From Nitrosopumilus sp. (lineage in GTDB: Archaea; Thermoproteota; Nitrososphaeria; Nitrososphaerales; Nitrosopumilaceae), in contig CBDBLX010000002.1 in the NCBI GenBank assembly GCA_965207445.1, positions 1,463,849 to 1,527,848 on the forward strand: a stretch of DNA of 64,000 nt. The letters are read 5' to 3'. The notes beneath the pieces were generated by a model that searched no databases, was not told where the DNA came from, and saw nothing but the letters and a program-made list of their open reading frames with translations. Numbering within the stretch: position 1 is the first letter of the stretch; the number at the start of each line of letters is the position of its first letter. This document shows positions 9,541 through 22,800 of the stretch, piece after piece. Position numbers and translations under genes: made by a program.

Positions 9541-12318
9541 TTACTTGGAATTATCTTTTGCAAACTCAATTTTGATCCTCTTTTTCATATTATCAGATAT
9601 TTGAATTCTCTCAATTGTTTGCAAAAGTGTGCGTTCGGTTCCAGGTGTAGGGTTTGATTTGAAAAATCTTTGTATTTGAGGTATATCAGATACACAACAA
9701 GTATTTGCAAGTGATGATATAATTCTACCAAGTAGTGGATTGCCGTGCCCAACTTTGCGCGATATCTTTTTCCAGTTCTTTTGAACCCATGGCCACAATA
9801 TATCAACAGCATTTGGGTTTTCTGATACTCTAGATACAAGCAAAAAGAAATTTTGTGAGCGCACATTAGATGATAGTGCATATTGTAATGTACGCAAAAG
9901 AATATCAGTATATTGAAATTTGCACATTGCAGATACAAATCGCATCTTTTTCTCAGTAGAGTCTGCACACTCATGCATCTCAACTAGTTGTGTATACATG
10001 ACACGTGCATCAGATTTTGATTTACAATTCCATGCAGCAACTGCACACACATACTCTATCACATCAGGGGACAACACACGAGGATGCACATTATTACCAT
10101 TACGATTATTCTCAGAGAGTATTTTATAAAACTCGTAAGATTTGGCAACCACATCAGCATCACCTAGTAATCCCAATGACCATATTATAGGGCCACGTAG
10201 TAGAGACATTGCATGAGGTTCATTAGATTTAGAGTTCCATCCGGTGACTGTCTGGTGTACACGTTTGTAAAAGTTCATTGAGTGTTTCTTTATTATATGA
10301 TTAGCAGTGGGTAATCTAAATGAGAGCATGTAAAGACGAGACATATTCATGTTAATATCATGTAAAATTGCATAATCATCAATAGTATCATACATATTTA
10401 GTATCTGCAGATACTCATTTACAGTAGAGTATCCACGCACACACATTGCAAATAGATCATTTTGCAGAGCCCATAAATCAGGCATCTCAATGCTAGGTTT
10501 TTGAAGTGTTTTTGAGCTGTGTGATGATTGTGCACTAGTAGAAGCATCAAGTAATGTGAGTTTTGCAAACGATATCACACTAGACATCAAACTAGCATCA
10601 TAGTGAACTCGATAAAAACAGGTACGGCCAGGATTTGCAAGTATGACAGGTAATTTTTTGTTTGTGTTTTGTTTAGTAGATGTAATATCAATTGATGTGG
10701 TTCTAGTTGAAAATAGTATAGTGGTGATAATCTTTTTTTTGCCCAGCACTTTGAGTGAGAGTGGGATTATCCATTTTGTAGTCGTTTTTTTATCTGTGTG
10801 TAGTAATACATACTGTTCTTGTCGCGCAGATAATGCATCTTTGTGTATTTTTAGATGAACTACAGGAAAACCAGGTGTATCTAGCCACGACTTTATCATA
10901 TGAGATACAGGTTTACCAGACTTTTCTTCTATGCACTGCCACAGATCATTGCCCTTTGCATTTGCATACTTGAATTTTTTGAGATATGCAACCAATCCCC
11001 GTTTAAATGAACGCTCACCTACATAGTATTCTAGCATACGTAGTACACATCCACCCTTTTCATATGATATTGGATCAAATATCTCACGTATTTGAGATGG
11101 TGAATCAACAGGCACATCGATAGGATGTGTTGATTGTAATGAATCAAGTGCCATTGCAGTGTTCATGGCATCTGTAAGAAATTGTTTCCACAGATCCCAT
11201 TCAGGGTGCATTTTATCCAAGAGTTTTGTTGCCATAAATGTAGCAAAGCTCTCATTGAGCCACAAATCATTCCACCATTTCATGGTAACCAAATTGCCAA
11301 ACCATTGGTGTGCCAATTCATGGGATATTACCTCAGCAATTAGTTGTTTTGTGCGTGCAGATGATGTGTTCTTATCATATAACAGTAGGTTTTCTCTAAA
11401 TGTTATGGCACCCCAGTTCTCCATAGCACCTGCAGCAAAGTCAGGTATTGCGATCAAGTCTAGTTTCGGTAGCGGGTAGGGTATCTCAAAGTACGACTCA
11501 TAAAGCTCTAAGAGTTTTTGTCCGTATTTGAGTGCAAATTTTGCAAGGTCTTTTTTGATTGCACTAGTAGTTATAACGCGCAGTTTTATATCACGCTCCC
11601 TTAGACTACAAGTGGTCTGAGTAAAAGAAAACTCACCGACTCCCATGTATACCAAATATGTAGACATTAGTGGAGTGGCGTCAAAGTAAAATGTTCTATT
11701 ATTCTTTGATCTTTTGATTCTAGATGTGGGCATGTTTGATATTGCAGTGTGTTGTGCATCATATACTACAAGTTGTATTGCAAAAGTAGCCTTTGCATCA
11801 GGTATATCCCAACATGGAAATGCACGTCGTGCATCTGCTGCTTCAAATTGTGTTGTGGCAAGATGTTTTGTAATACCATTAGAATCAGTATAACTACTGC
11901 GATAAAATCCCAATAGTCTGTCATTTAGTATACCATCAAAATCCAGCCTGATTGTAGCATCTGTATTTATCTCTAGTCCAGATGGCAAACGAATTAAAAG
12001 ACGCTCTTGTGTATTATGTGTAGATATACGAGATAAAGGAATTTTGATCAGACGACTAGTAAGAGGATTGATATAATTAAATATGTTTTTGTCATATATG
12101 GGATCATCTTGCAATAATGTCAAGTCTGGTTTGTCATCAGTATTGGTCAAGAATACATAGCATGCAGTTATGGTTAATTCAGAGCAGTCTAGTTCTATTA
12201 TATTGGTAGGGTGATTGCATTTTACATGTATGTGTGCAACGCCACGAAATGTAGCTTGTTTGAGATTAGGCTCAAATCGTAGTGTATAGTGAGCAGGCCT
12301 CAGGTCATCGTATCCCAT
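9541..12318 (-). CDS. M1-family zinc aminopeptidase (aminopeptidase N / tricorn-interacting-factor type)
   Basis: TQFEAADARRAFPCWD, GAMENWG, HELAH-x18-E zinc motif, YEKGG. Confidence 0.95.
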   Translation of the reverse strand: MGYDDLRPAHYTLRFEPNLKQATFRGVAHIHVKCNHPTNIIELDCSELTITACYVFLTNTDDKPDLTLLQDDPIYDKNIFNYINPLTSRLIKIPLSRISTHNTQERLLIRLPSGLEINTDATIRLDFDGILNDRLLGFYRSSYTDSNGITKHLATTQFEAADARRAFPCWDIPDAKATFAIQLVVYDAQHTAISNMPTSRIKRSKNNRTFYFDATPLMSTYLVYMGVGEFSFTQTTCSLRERDIKLRVITTSAIKKDLAKFALKYGQKLLELYESYFEIPYPLPKLDLIAIPDFAAGAMENWGAITFRENLLLYDKNTSSARTKQLIAEVISHELAHQWFGNLVTMKWWNDLWLNESFATFMATKLLDKMHPEWDLWKQFLTDAMNTAMALDSLQSTHPIDVPVDSPSQIREIFDPISYEKGGCVLRMLEYYVGERSFKRGLVAYLKKFKYANAKGNDLWQCIEEKSGKPVSHMIKSWLDTPGFPVVHLKIHKDALSARQEQYVLLHTDKKTTTKWIIPLSLKVLGKKKIITTILFSTRTTSIDITSTKQNTNKKLPVILANPGRTCFYRVHYDASLMSSVISFAKLTLLDASTSAQSSHSSKTLQKPSIEMPDLWALQNDLFAMCVRGYSTVNEYLQILNMYDTIDDYAILHDINMNMSRLYMLSFRLPTANHIIKKHSMNFYKRVHQTVTGWNSKSNEPHAMSLLRGPIIWSLGLLGDADVVAKSYEFYKILSENNRNGNNVHPRVLSPDVIEYVCAVAAWNCKSKSDARVMYTQLVEMHECADSTEKKMRFVSAMCKFQYTDILLRTLQYALSSNVRSQNFFLLVSRVSENPNAVDILWPWVQKNWKKISRKVGHGNPLLGRIISSLANTCCVSDIPQIQRFFKSNPTPGTERTLLQTIERIQISDNMKKRIKIEFAKDNSK

Positions 12319-12526
12319 GATCTGTTTTGAGTGAGTATTGTCTTAAGTATATTTCGTACTTTTAACAAATGTCATTATTATTATGGTGGTGGCGGGTATT
12401 GAGTTCCAAAAAGTGTAGCAAATTTTAGCCATATTTTTTACAAGATGGGTAATAGAAATAATCAGTAGTCATAAAATTTGGATGAAAAGACACTACTTGT
12501 TCATCTATTTGTTAATCTACTTGTCC

Positions 12527-12607
12527 GTAACCGTTCAACCTTTTCCCAAATTTAGGCACAAATTCACCACCTAACGTCTGGCGCAGGTACGGGGGTTGAA
12601 CGGTTAC
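12527..12607 (+). mobile_element. Intact 81-bp MITE with 14-bp TIRs GTAACCGTTCAACC and 9-bp target duplication
   Basis: Perfect TIRs at 12527-12540 and 12594-12607. tacttgtcc flanks both sides (12518-12526, 12608-12616). Confidence 0.92.
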
Positions 12608-13204
12608 TACTTGTCCATCTACGTAGTAATTAAAACACTGATCCAAAAGTTTTTGGTCTTTTATATCCATTTATTGTTCTTGATCTATAGATATTTGTTG
12701 ATTGTGTTTTCAATTTTTTATTTAAAAAAAATATTATACATATCCATCTATACATGTCCATCTATACATATTCATCTATACATATCCATCCACCCTATGA
12801 CACTACAACACCAAACTTTGGTATCAACCCCGATTAACTAGTTAAATTAAAACTTGACTTTATAATCATATAGAACTGATAAACTCTGACTGAAGATGTG
12901 TAGGCAGTCTACCAAACGGCAAGGTCGTGCTGAAACGAGCAGATGACGAAAAATCCGAATCCATAATAAAGGCGAGTCGTGATGATATCAAAACCAGTGA
13001 CTGTGGGTTAATTATAATGACGGCAAAAAATGTACCGGGATGCTTAAGATCCTTGGCCCATTTTTTATTAATTATTTAGTTTACAAAGTATTTATGACAT
13101 ATGGTACATTATGATCTTAATTTCTATCTAGATTTAGATGATGTTGATTTATGTCTCGTGTTGTGTAGGTAAATAGATAAAATGTACAATGCTGGTAACT
13201 AATT

Positions 13205-13345
13205 ATGGTAAGATTAGAAGAGCTTACTGTCAGTACATATGCTAACAGATTATCATTTGATGGCCCTGTGGAAATCATAGCCGTCAAGTGGTTTGGAGAC
13301 ACTATAGATACTTACAGAATAGCACAACGTCAAAACCGACGTGCC
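13205..13345 (+). pseudogene. Truncated 5' fragment of a putative SNF2/DUF3883-type helicase gene
   Basis: MVRLEELTVSTYANRLSFDGPVEIIAVKWFGD resembles, from memory, the N-terminus of these helicases. A near-identical copy sits at 63911-64000. The frame then decays into low-complexity DNA. Confidence 0.5.
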
Positions 13346-13817
13346 TTATCCACGAGTGTGTGTATGTATGTGTTGGGGGTTGTTGGTGTTGGTAGTGGTA
13401 GTAGTGGTAGGGGGGGGGGGGGGGTTGGGGGAAAGGATACGATTACGATTCAGTCCCAGATGTCAAGACTAGTCTTGAGCACGAACGCATATTGTACAAA
13501 ACACCGCAACGTAACGGGCATCTTGGGATCGTCTCACCGAAGATGGGAGTTAATGTACACATGACCTTCGGAACTGGAATCGTTCAGAGTCCGAGAAGAT
13601 CATGGTGGGTGGATTTTTCGACTACAAAGCGAGTCTGCTCTGCTCAGTTATCTGATAAATGGTGGAGAGTTGGCCGAGTTTGCGGCCAAATATGGGAGGA
13701 TGACTCACGTCCGGCAGTGTCTCCATTTTACTCCAAAAAACCATCTCAATTGGGAAATGGGGATAGTAACGCATCTCACTTTGATCAGTCTTGTTGGATA
13801 AATGGACGTGAAATGCA

Positions 13818-16800
13818 ATGGTGAGAATAAACGCATGTGTGTGGAGAAAAATCACACCAAACTACAACAAACCACACCACTACATTGCATTATTGTTCAT
13901 AATTGTATTGTTTTCCTCACTTTATTTCACATCTACTTGTTTTGCACCATCAGATGAGTGTAAAATCATGCATGTTATGGACAAATTTGTTTGGATGGAT
14001 TCTGTTCTAAAATCCACTATACGTGACATCCCTCATGCATACGGACAGACTCCAGATTTCTCAGATAAAACAGGGTTTGTGTATGTGACAGATACCATTG
14101 AGATAAATCATCTCAACGTGAGTGGCGGCTTGTCTAATTTTGATGCGTTTGGAAGATCTGTTACATCCGCAGGAGACTTAGACGGTGATGGTGTGCCTGA
14201 GATTATAGTAGGCGCAAATCAACCCAATGCGGATAGAAAAGAAGCTAGTGGCGATGTTTATGTTGTGTTCATGAACTCTGATGGCACTGTACGTAATGCA
14301 CGTATAATGGATCAATTATCAACAAATACTAATACAGTCAACGCGATTCACCGTGGAACTTCTGTGGCCTCGCTAGGTGATCTTAACGGTGATGATATAC
14401 CCGACATTGCCATCGGCGCCAGTGGTGATACCAATACAACTAATGACCGCGGTACAATCTATATATTGTTAATGAATCGTGATGGAACAACAGATCGAAT
14501 TATTCCGATAACCCACAACACCCCAAATGGCCCGACCTTGGACATTGGAGATTTTTTTGGTAATTCGATAGCTCTTGTAGACGATCTTGATGGCAATAAT
14601 GTGCCAGATATTGCCGTCGGTGCCATTGGTGATGATGCAGGAGGAGATAGCCGCGGCGCAGTTCACATCTTGCTCATGAATTCCGACCTCACAATACGCA
14701 ACACCATCGAAATAAACTCTACGACTCCACGCGGCCCGATTTTGAACGATAAGGGTGTATTTGGGCAGTCCGTCGCATCTACAGATCTCAACAATGACGG
14801 AACTCCTGATATCATAGCTGGTACATATTTAGACAGTAATAATGGATATAGCCGCGGCGCAGTTCATATAATGTTCATGAATTCAGATGGAACCATTCAA
14901 AATACTGTAAGAATCGACGAGAGTACTACCAACGGACCGCGTCTCTCCAATGAGGCCCATTTTGGCGTTTCTGTGGCCTCTGCAGGTGATCTAGATAATG
15001 ACGGAGTTGATGATGTTCTGGTGGGCTCTTTTGAAAATAGGTCGAATACAGGATCAGTCTACATCATGCTTATGAATCCAGACGGTTCTATAAAGAGCAC
15101 ATCGAAGATAAATAGTGCTACTAGTGGCGGACCAGTTCTGTCTGCCAGGGATCGATTCGGTATCTCGGTGGCCTCAATAGGAGATCTCAATGGTGACGGA
15201 ATGCCTGATATTGTAGCAGGCGCGTCTTGGGACGATGCAGGAGGCAGAGACCGCGGTGCAGTTCATTTGATGCTACTAGATCCGATCAGGCCTGTACCCA
15301 ATTATAAAGTTCATGATACTGCGAAAATAAACATCCAAGCGGTGCAAGGATCGGGATATAACAACCAAACTTTCTTTGGAACTGTGTCCTCGATAGGTGA
15401 TATAGACTCCGACGGTACGCCGGACATTGCAGTGGGGGCCAACCAAGATAGTTCAGGAGGCAGAGACCGCGGTGCGGTCTATATATTATTGATGAATAAT
15501 GATGGAACAGTAAAGAGGGCCACTGCGATAAACTCTGCTACCCCCAGAGGACCGACCCTATCTGACGATGATTTTTTTGGAGCATCTATTGCATCAATAG
15601 GTGACATCAACGGAGATGGTACGCCGGACATTGCAGTGGGGGCCGAAGGTGATGATTCAGGAGGCACAAACAGCGGTGCGGTTTACATATTATTGATGAA
15701 TAATGATGGAACAGTAAAGAGTACAGTTAAGATAAACTCTGCTACCCCCAGAGGGCCTGCCCTGTCTTTTGGTGATCGTTTTGGAGCATCTGTTGCATCA
15801 ATAGGTGACATCAACGAGGATGGTACGCCGGACATTGCAGTTGGGGCCGAAGGTGATGATTCAGGAAGCAGAAACAGCGGTGCGGTTCACATATTATTGA
15901 TGAATAATGGTGGAACAGTAAAGAGTACAGTTAAGATAAACTCTGCTACCCCCAGAGGGCTTGCCCTGTCTAACGGTGATCGTTTTGGAGTATCTGTTGC
16001 ATCAATAGGTGACATTAACGGAGATGGTACGCCGGACATTGCAGTGGGGGCCGAAGATGATGATTCAGGAGGCACAAACCGGGGTGCGGTTCACATATTA
16101 TTGATGAATAATGGTGGAACAGTAAAGAGGACAGTTGAGATAAACTCTGCTACCCCCAGAGGGCCTGCCCTGTCTAACTATGATCGTTTTGGAGCATCTA
16201 TTGCATCAATAGGTGACATCAACGGTGATGGTACGCCAGACATTGCAGTGGGGGCACGTGATGACAGCAAAATCAAAACCCAACAGGGCGCCTTTTACAT
16301 ACTGTTGTTAAATGACGATGGAACAGTAAAGAGGTCCGTCAAGATGGATTCCAATACTCCAAACATACCGGACATGCCCGCTGATGGTCGTTTTGGAGTA
16401 TCTATTGCATTAGTAGGTGACATTAACGGAGATGGTACGCCGGACATTGCAGTGGGGGCCGACCAGGATAATTCAGGAGGCTCAAACCGTGGTGCAGTAT
16501 ACATCATATTCTTAGATAAAACTGTGGTTATACAGGGCATCACATCTAGCGCAGATGATAAAAGGTACACTCAAGGTCAAATTGATATTGACGTATTGTT
16601 TTCTGAGCCAGTCGGTGTTGTCGGCTCCCCGTATCTGACTCTGGAGACTGGTTATATTGACCGTAATGCAGTTTATGTCTCCGGTAACAATACTACAGTA
16701 CTTACATTTCGTTATACCATACAAAGGTATGATGTAACAAACGATCTTAATTATCTGTCAAAATCCTCATTGTCGTTGAACAAAAGCAAGATATTTGCAT

Positions 16801-19800
16801 CACAATCACCTCATGATCCTGCAGTACTTGAACTACCTGTACCATCACTTAAAATAGAGGTGAATCCTAGCGGTGTTTACGGGCCGCTTGCACTTAACAA
16901 GGACATTATGATATGGGCACAGTTTCCACCAAACAAGCCAATTAATCTAATAGCTGCTCCATTAAACAAACAAGTTTCACTGAAATGGTCTGCACCGATT
17001 GGTTCTTTTCTTTCTGTCATAAATTATACTGTACAGTATCGTGTCAATGACGGCATAACGCATGTATGGGAGACATTTCCAGACACGTTTTTGAACACAA
17101 CTGGTATAGTCACAGGTTTAACCAACGGAGTGCAGTATCAATTCAGGGTAAATGCCACAAATTGGGTAGGAACAGGGCCTGCTTCTGATGTCGTCCTTGC
17201 CACACCACGTACAGTTCCAGAGGCCCCGTCTAATCTGACTGCCGATCCGGGCAACGAGCAAGTGGATTTATCATGGACTGCGCCTCGTGATGGCGGCTCT
17301 CCGATAACAGGTTATATCGTAGAGTACACATCAAACAACGGCGCTTCGTGGAGTGAGTTTGCAGACATCACTGACACATATGCCAACGTCACGGGCCTAA
17401 CAAACGGACAACAGTATCATTTCAGAGTAAATGCCACAAATTTGGCCGGGATAGGGCCTGCTTCTGATGTCGTCCCTGCCACACCCGTGACTCACCCAGG
17501 GGCCCCAGAAAATCTGATAGCGACAGTAAACGGCACCACCATAGAACTCACATGGGATCCGCCTGCAAACGATGGAGGCGCTACAATTACATCATATACT
17601 GTCCAACAAAGTACAGATGGCATAACATGGGATACGGTACCTGATTTGAACAGTGCAGATACCAAAGCAACTACACCCAACGTGCTACTTAACACAAAAT
17701 ACAGCTTCCGCGTGAATGCCACAAATGCAATAGGGACAGGGCCTGCTTCTGACATTGTTATGTCACTTATTGACACTAAACCCTCCGTCAGGCTTTCGAC
17801 GAATATTATAGGTCCCACATCTTTGGACGCTATACCGTTTACGATCTCCGTTAATGAACGCGTAACTGGGCTCGAAGCATCTGAGATTTCTACATCTTCT
17901 GGCATCGTAAAGAATCTTGTTTTAGGAAACTATACATTTGGTGAACTGGGTAGTGGTGACGGAGAGTTTCTCGTCCCGTTTGGAATTGCCATAAATGGTA
18001 CAGGGCATGTGTATGTTACTGATTCAGATAACCACCGCGTCCAGATATTTGATGCAGCAGGCGCGTACTTGGGCGAGTTTGGTGAACCGGGTAGTGGTGA
18101 CGGAGAGTTTCTCTACCCGTTTGGAATTGCCATAAATGGTACAGGGCATGTGTATGTTATTGACTTCGCTGGCGACCGTGTCCAGATATTTGATGCAGCA
18201 GGCGCGTACTTGGGTGAGTTTGGTAGACGGGGTAGTGGTGACGGAGAGTTTGACGGACCGATTGGGATTGCCATAAATGGTACAGGGCATGTGTATGTTA
18301 CTGACAATCGTGTCCACCGCGTCCAGATATTTGATGCAGCAGGCGCGTACTTGGGTGAGTTTGGTAGACAGGGTAGTGGTGACGGAGAGTTTGAGAGACC
18401 AAGTGGAATTTCCATAAATGGTACAGGGCATGTGTATGTTGCTGATTCAGGTAACCGCCGCGTCCAGATATTTGATGTAGCAGGCGCGTACTTGGGTGAG
18501 TTTGGTAGTGAGGGCAGCGGCAACAGTGAGTTTAGAAACCCGTATGAAATTGCCATAAATGATGCAGGACATGTGTATGTTGCCGATACAGTTAACGACC
18601 ACGTCCAGATATTTGATGCAACAGGCATGTATCTTGACAAAATCGTCAGTTCAGACTTGACACGTGATCTTGACAATCCAATTGCTGTGGCGATTCGTGG
18701 CATGTCTTTGTATATTATAGACTCGGGTACTAGTCACGTTCATGTATTGCGCAACTTTTACACCTTTGAAGTACACAATCCTTCCGTTGGAACTCTTCAG
18801 GTCCATATACCTGCAGATGTGGTACAGGATGATGTAGGCAACAATAATACCGCATCCAATATAATCCGAATTTCAATCGTTACGGTTCCAGGTGTTCCGC
18901 AGAATTTGGTAGCTACTCCAGGTGATGCTACAGTCACCCTCGCATGGGACCCGCCTAAAAATGACGGTGGTGCTGCTATAATATCATATGTTGTACAGCA
19001 GAGTATTGACGGTGTCATATGGACTCTGGTGCCTGATTCAGATAATAGTGATACGACTGCAACACCTATCGAATTGACAAATGACAGTCAATATCAATTT
19101 CGCGTTAATGCCACAAACATTGCCGGAACAGGTCCTGCATCTATCGTCTCTGCCACCCCTACGGACACCACTCTGCCATCTGTTACCATCAACAACGTAA
19201 CAATGGAAGCAACAGGTGCCGCAACTAGTGTCAACATTGGCTATCCAGAGATAACTGATGCATCAGGTGGCCCATATACCGTAACACACAACGCAACTGG
19301 AAATGTACAGACCACATCAGGTGCTAGTAATGTGACCGTATCACTTGGTGTGGGTATGATTATAGTGCAGTGGAGCGTCACGGATCCCTCAGATAACATA
19401 GGTACTGCTCTCCAAATGGTGGACGTCACAGACACCACCCCGCCTACTATCACCCTGACTGGGTCGGCTTCTGTCACCGTGACGCTGGGCGGCACATATG
19501 AAGAAGAGGGGGCAGTCTGCTCTGATATTGTGGATGCTGACAAGTCAGCCACTAACTGTAGGGGGCGACACAGTTAACACTGACTCGACTGGTCAATACA
19601 CCATACAGTATACCTGCACAGATACAGCAGGTAATGAGGCCACACCTGTAGATCGTACCGTGACCGTCCATGATCCGACAGCTCCGTCTATTTCCATCAA
19701 CGACGTAACAATGGAAGCAACAGGTGCCACAACTAGTGTCAACATTGGCTATCCAGAGATAACTGATGCATCAGGTGGCCCATATATCGTAACACACAAC

Positions 19801-22800
19801 GCAACTGGAAATGTACAGACCACACCAGATACTAGTAATGTGACCGTATCACTTGGTGTTGGTAGGATTATAGTGCAGTGGAGCGTCACGGATCCCTCAG
19901 ATAACATAGGTACTGCGCTCCAAATGGTGGACGTCACAGACACCACCCCGCCATCTGTTGTTATAGACAACATAACAATGGAAGCAACAGGTGCCACAAC
20001 TAGTGTCAACATTGGCTATCCAGAGATAACTGATGCATCAGGTGGCCCATATATCGTAACACACAACGCAACTGGAAATGTACAGACCACACCAGATACT
20101 AGTAATGTGACCGTATCACTTGGTGTGGGTATGATTATAGTGCAGTGGAGCGTCATGGATCCCTCAGATAACATAGGTACTGCTCTCCAAATGGTGGACG
20201 TCACAGACACCACCCCGCCTACTATCACCCTGACTGGGTCGGCTTCTGTCACCGTGACGCTGGGCGGCACATATGAAGAAGAGGGGCAGTCTGCTCTGAT
20301 ATTGTGGATGCTGACAAGTCAGCCACTGTAGGGGGCGACACAGTTAACACTGACTCGACGGGTCAATACACCATACAGTATACCTGCACAGATACAGCAG
20401 GTAATGAGGCCACACCTGTAGATCGTACCGTGACCGTCCATGATCCGACAGCTCCGTCTGTTGTTATAGACAACATAACAATGGAAGCAACAGGTGCCAC
20501 GACTAGTGTCAATATTGGCTATCCAGAGATAACTGATGCATCAGGTGGCCCATATATCGTAACACACAACGCAACTGGAAATGTACAGACCACACCAGAT
20601 ACTAGTAATGTGACCGTATCACTTGGTGTGGGTATGATTATAGTGCAGTGGAGCGTCACGGATCCCTCAGATAACATAGGTACTGCGCTCCAAATGGTGG
20701 ACGTCACAGACACCACCCCGCCATCTGTTGTTATAGACAACATAACAATGGAAGCAACAGGTGCCACAACTAGTGTCAACATTGGCTATCCAGAGATAAC
20801 TGATGCATCAGGTGGCCCATATATCGTAACACACAACGCAACTGGAAATGTACAGACCACACCAGATACTAGTAATGTGACCGTATCACTTGGTGTGGGT
20901 AGGATTATAGTGCAGTGGAGCGTTATGGATCCCTCAGATAACATAGGTACTGCTCTCCAAATGGTGGACGTCACAGACACCACCCCGCCTACTATCACCC
21001 TGACTGGGTGGCTTCTGTCACCGTGACGCTGGGCGGCACATATGAAGAAGAGGGGCAGTCTGCTCTGATATTGTGGATGCTGACAAGTCAGCCACTGTAG
21101 GGGGCGACACAGTTAACACTGACTCGACGGGTCAATACACCATACAGTATACCTGCACAGATACAGCAGGTAATGAGGCCACACCTGTAGATCGTACCGT
21201 GACCGTCCATGATCCGACAGCTCCGTCTGTTGTTATAGACAACGTAACAATGGAGGCAACAGGTGCCACAACTAGTGTCAATATTGGCTATCCAGAGATA
21301 ACTGATGCATCAGGTGGCCCATATACCGTAACACATAACGCAACTGGAAATGTACAGACCACACCAGATACTAGTAATGTGACCGTATCACTTGGTGTGG
21401 GTAGATTATAGTGCAGTGGAGCGTCACGGATCCCTCAAATAACATAGGTACTGCTCTCCAAATGGTGGACGTCACAGACATTATAGACAACATAACAATG
21501 CAACAGGTGCCACAACTAGTGTCAACATTGGCTATCCAGAGATAACTGATGCATCAGGTGGCCCCGTAACACATAACGCAACTGGAAATGTACAGACCAC
21601 TCCAAACTAGTAATGTGACGTATCACAGATTATAGTGCAGTACGGATCCCTCAGATAACATAGGACTGTCGGCTTCTGTCACCTCCAAATGGTGGACGTC
21701 ACAGACACCACCCCGCCTACTATCACCCTGACTGGGCTTCTGTCACCGTGACGTTGGGTGGCACATATGAAGAAGAGGGGAGCAGTCTGCTCTGATATTG
21801 TGGATGCTGACAAGCCAGCCACTGTAGGGGGCGACACAGTTAACACTGACTCGACGGGTCAATACACCATACAGTATACCTGCACAGATACAGCAGGTAA
21901 TGAGGCCACACCTGTAGATCGTACCGTGACCGTCCATGATCCGACAGCTCCGTCTGTTGTTATAGACAACGTAACAATGGAGGCAACAGGTGCCACGACT
22001 AGTGTCAATATTGGCTATCCAGAGATAACTGATGCATCAGGTGGCCCATATACCGTAACACATAACGCAACTGGAAATGTACAGACCACATCAGGTGCTA
22101 GTAATGTGACCGTATCACTTGGTGTTGGTAGGATTATAGTGCAGTGGAACGTCACGGATCCCTCAAATAACATAGGTACTGCTCTCCAAATGGTGGACGT
22201 CACAGACACCACCCCGCCATCTGTTGTTATAGACAACGTAACAATGGAAGCAACAGGTGCCACAACTAGTGTCAATATTGGCTATCCAGAGATAACTGAT
22301 GCATCAGGTGGCCCATATACCGTAACACACAACGCAACTGGAAATGTACAGACCACATCAGGTGCTAGTAATGTGACCGTATCATTTGGTGTTGGTAGGA
22401 TTATAGTGCAGTGGAGCGTTATGGATCCCTCAGATAACATAGGTACTGCTCTCCAAATGGTGGACGTCACAGACACCACCCCGCCTACTATCACCCTGAC
22501 TGGGTCGGCTTCTGTCACCGTGACGTTGGGTGACACATATGAAGAAGAGGGAGCAGTCTGCTCTGATATTGTGGATGCTGACAAGCCAGCCACTGTAGGG
22601 GGCGACACAGTTAACACTGACTCGACGGGTCAATACACCATACAGTATACCTGCACAGATACAGCAGGTAATGAGGCCACACCTGTAGATCGTACCGTGA
22701 CCGTCCATGATCCGACAGCTCCGTCTGTTGTTATAGACAACGTAACAATGGAGGCAACAGGTGCCACGACTAGTGTCAATATTGGCTATCCAGAGATAAC

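Noticed and set aside
13410..13424. Poly-G tract upstream of the giant gene as a phase-variation switch
   Set aside because: It lies ~400 bp upstream in decayed low-complexity DNA, and a similar run at 63806-63820 is just an expanded IS66 TIR.
21400..21780. Scrambled repeat module with many small deletions
   Set aside because: Dense indels in one unit look like an assembly or consensus artefact rather than biology.
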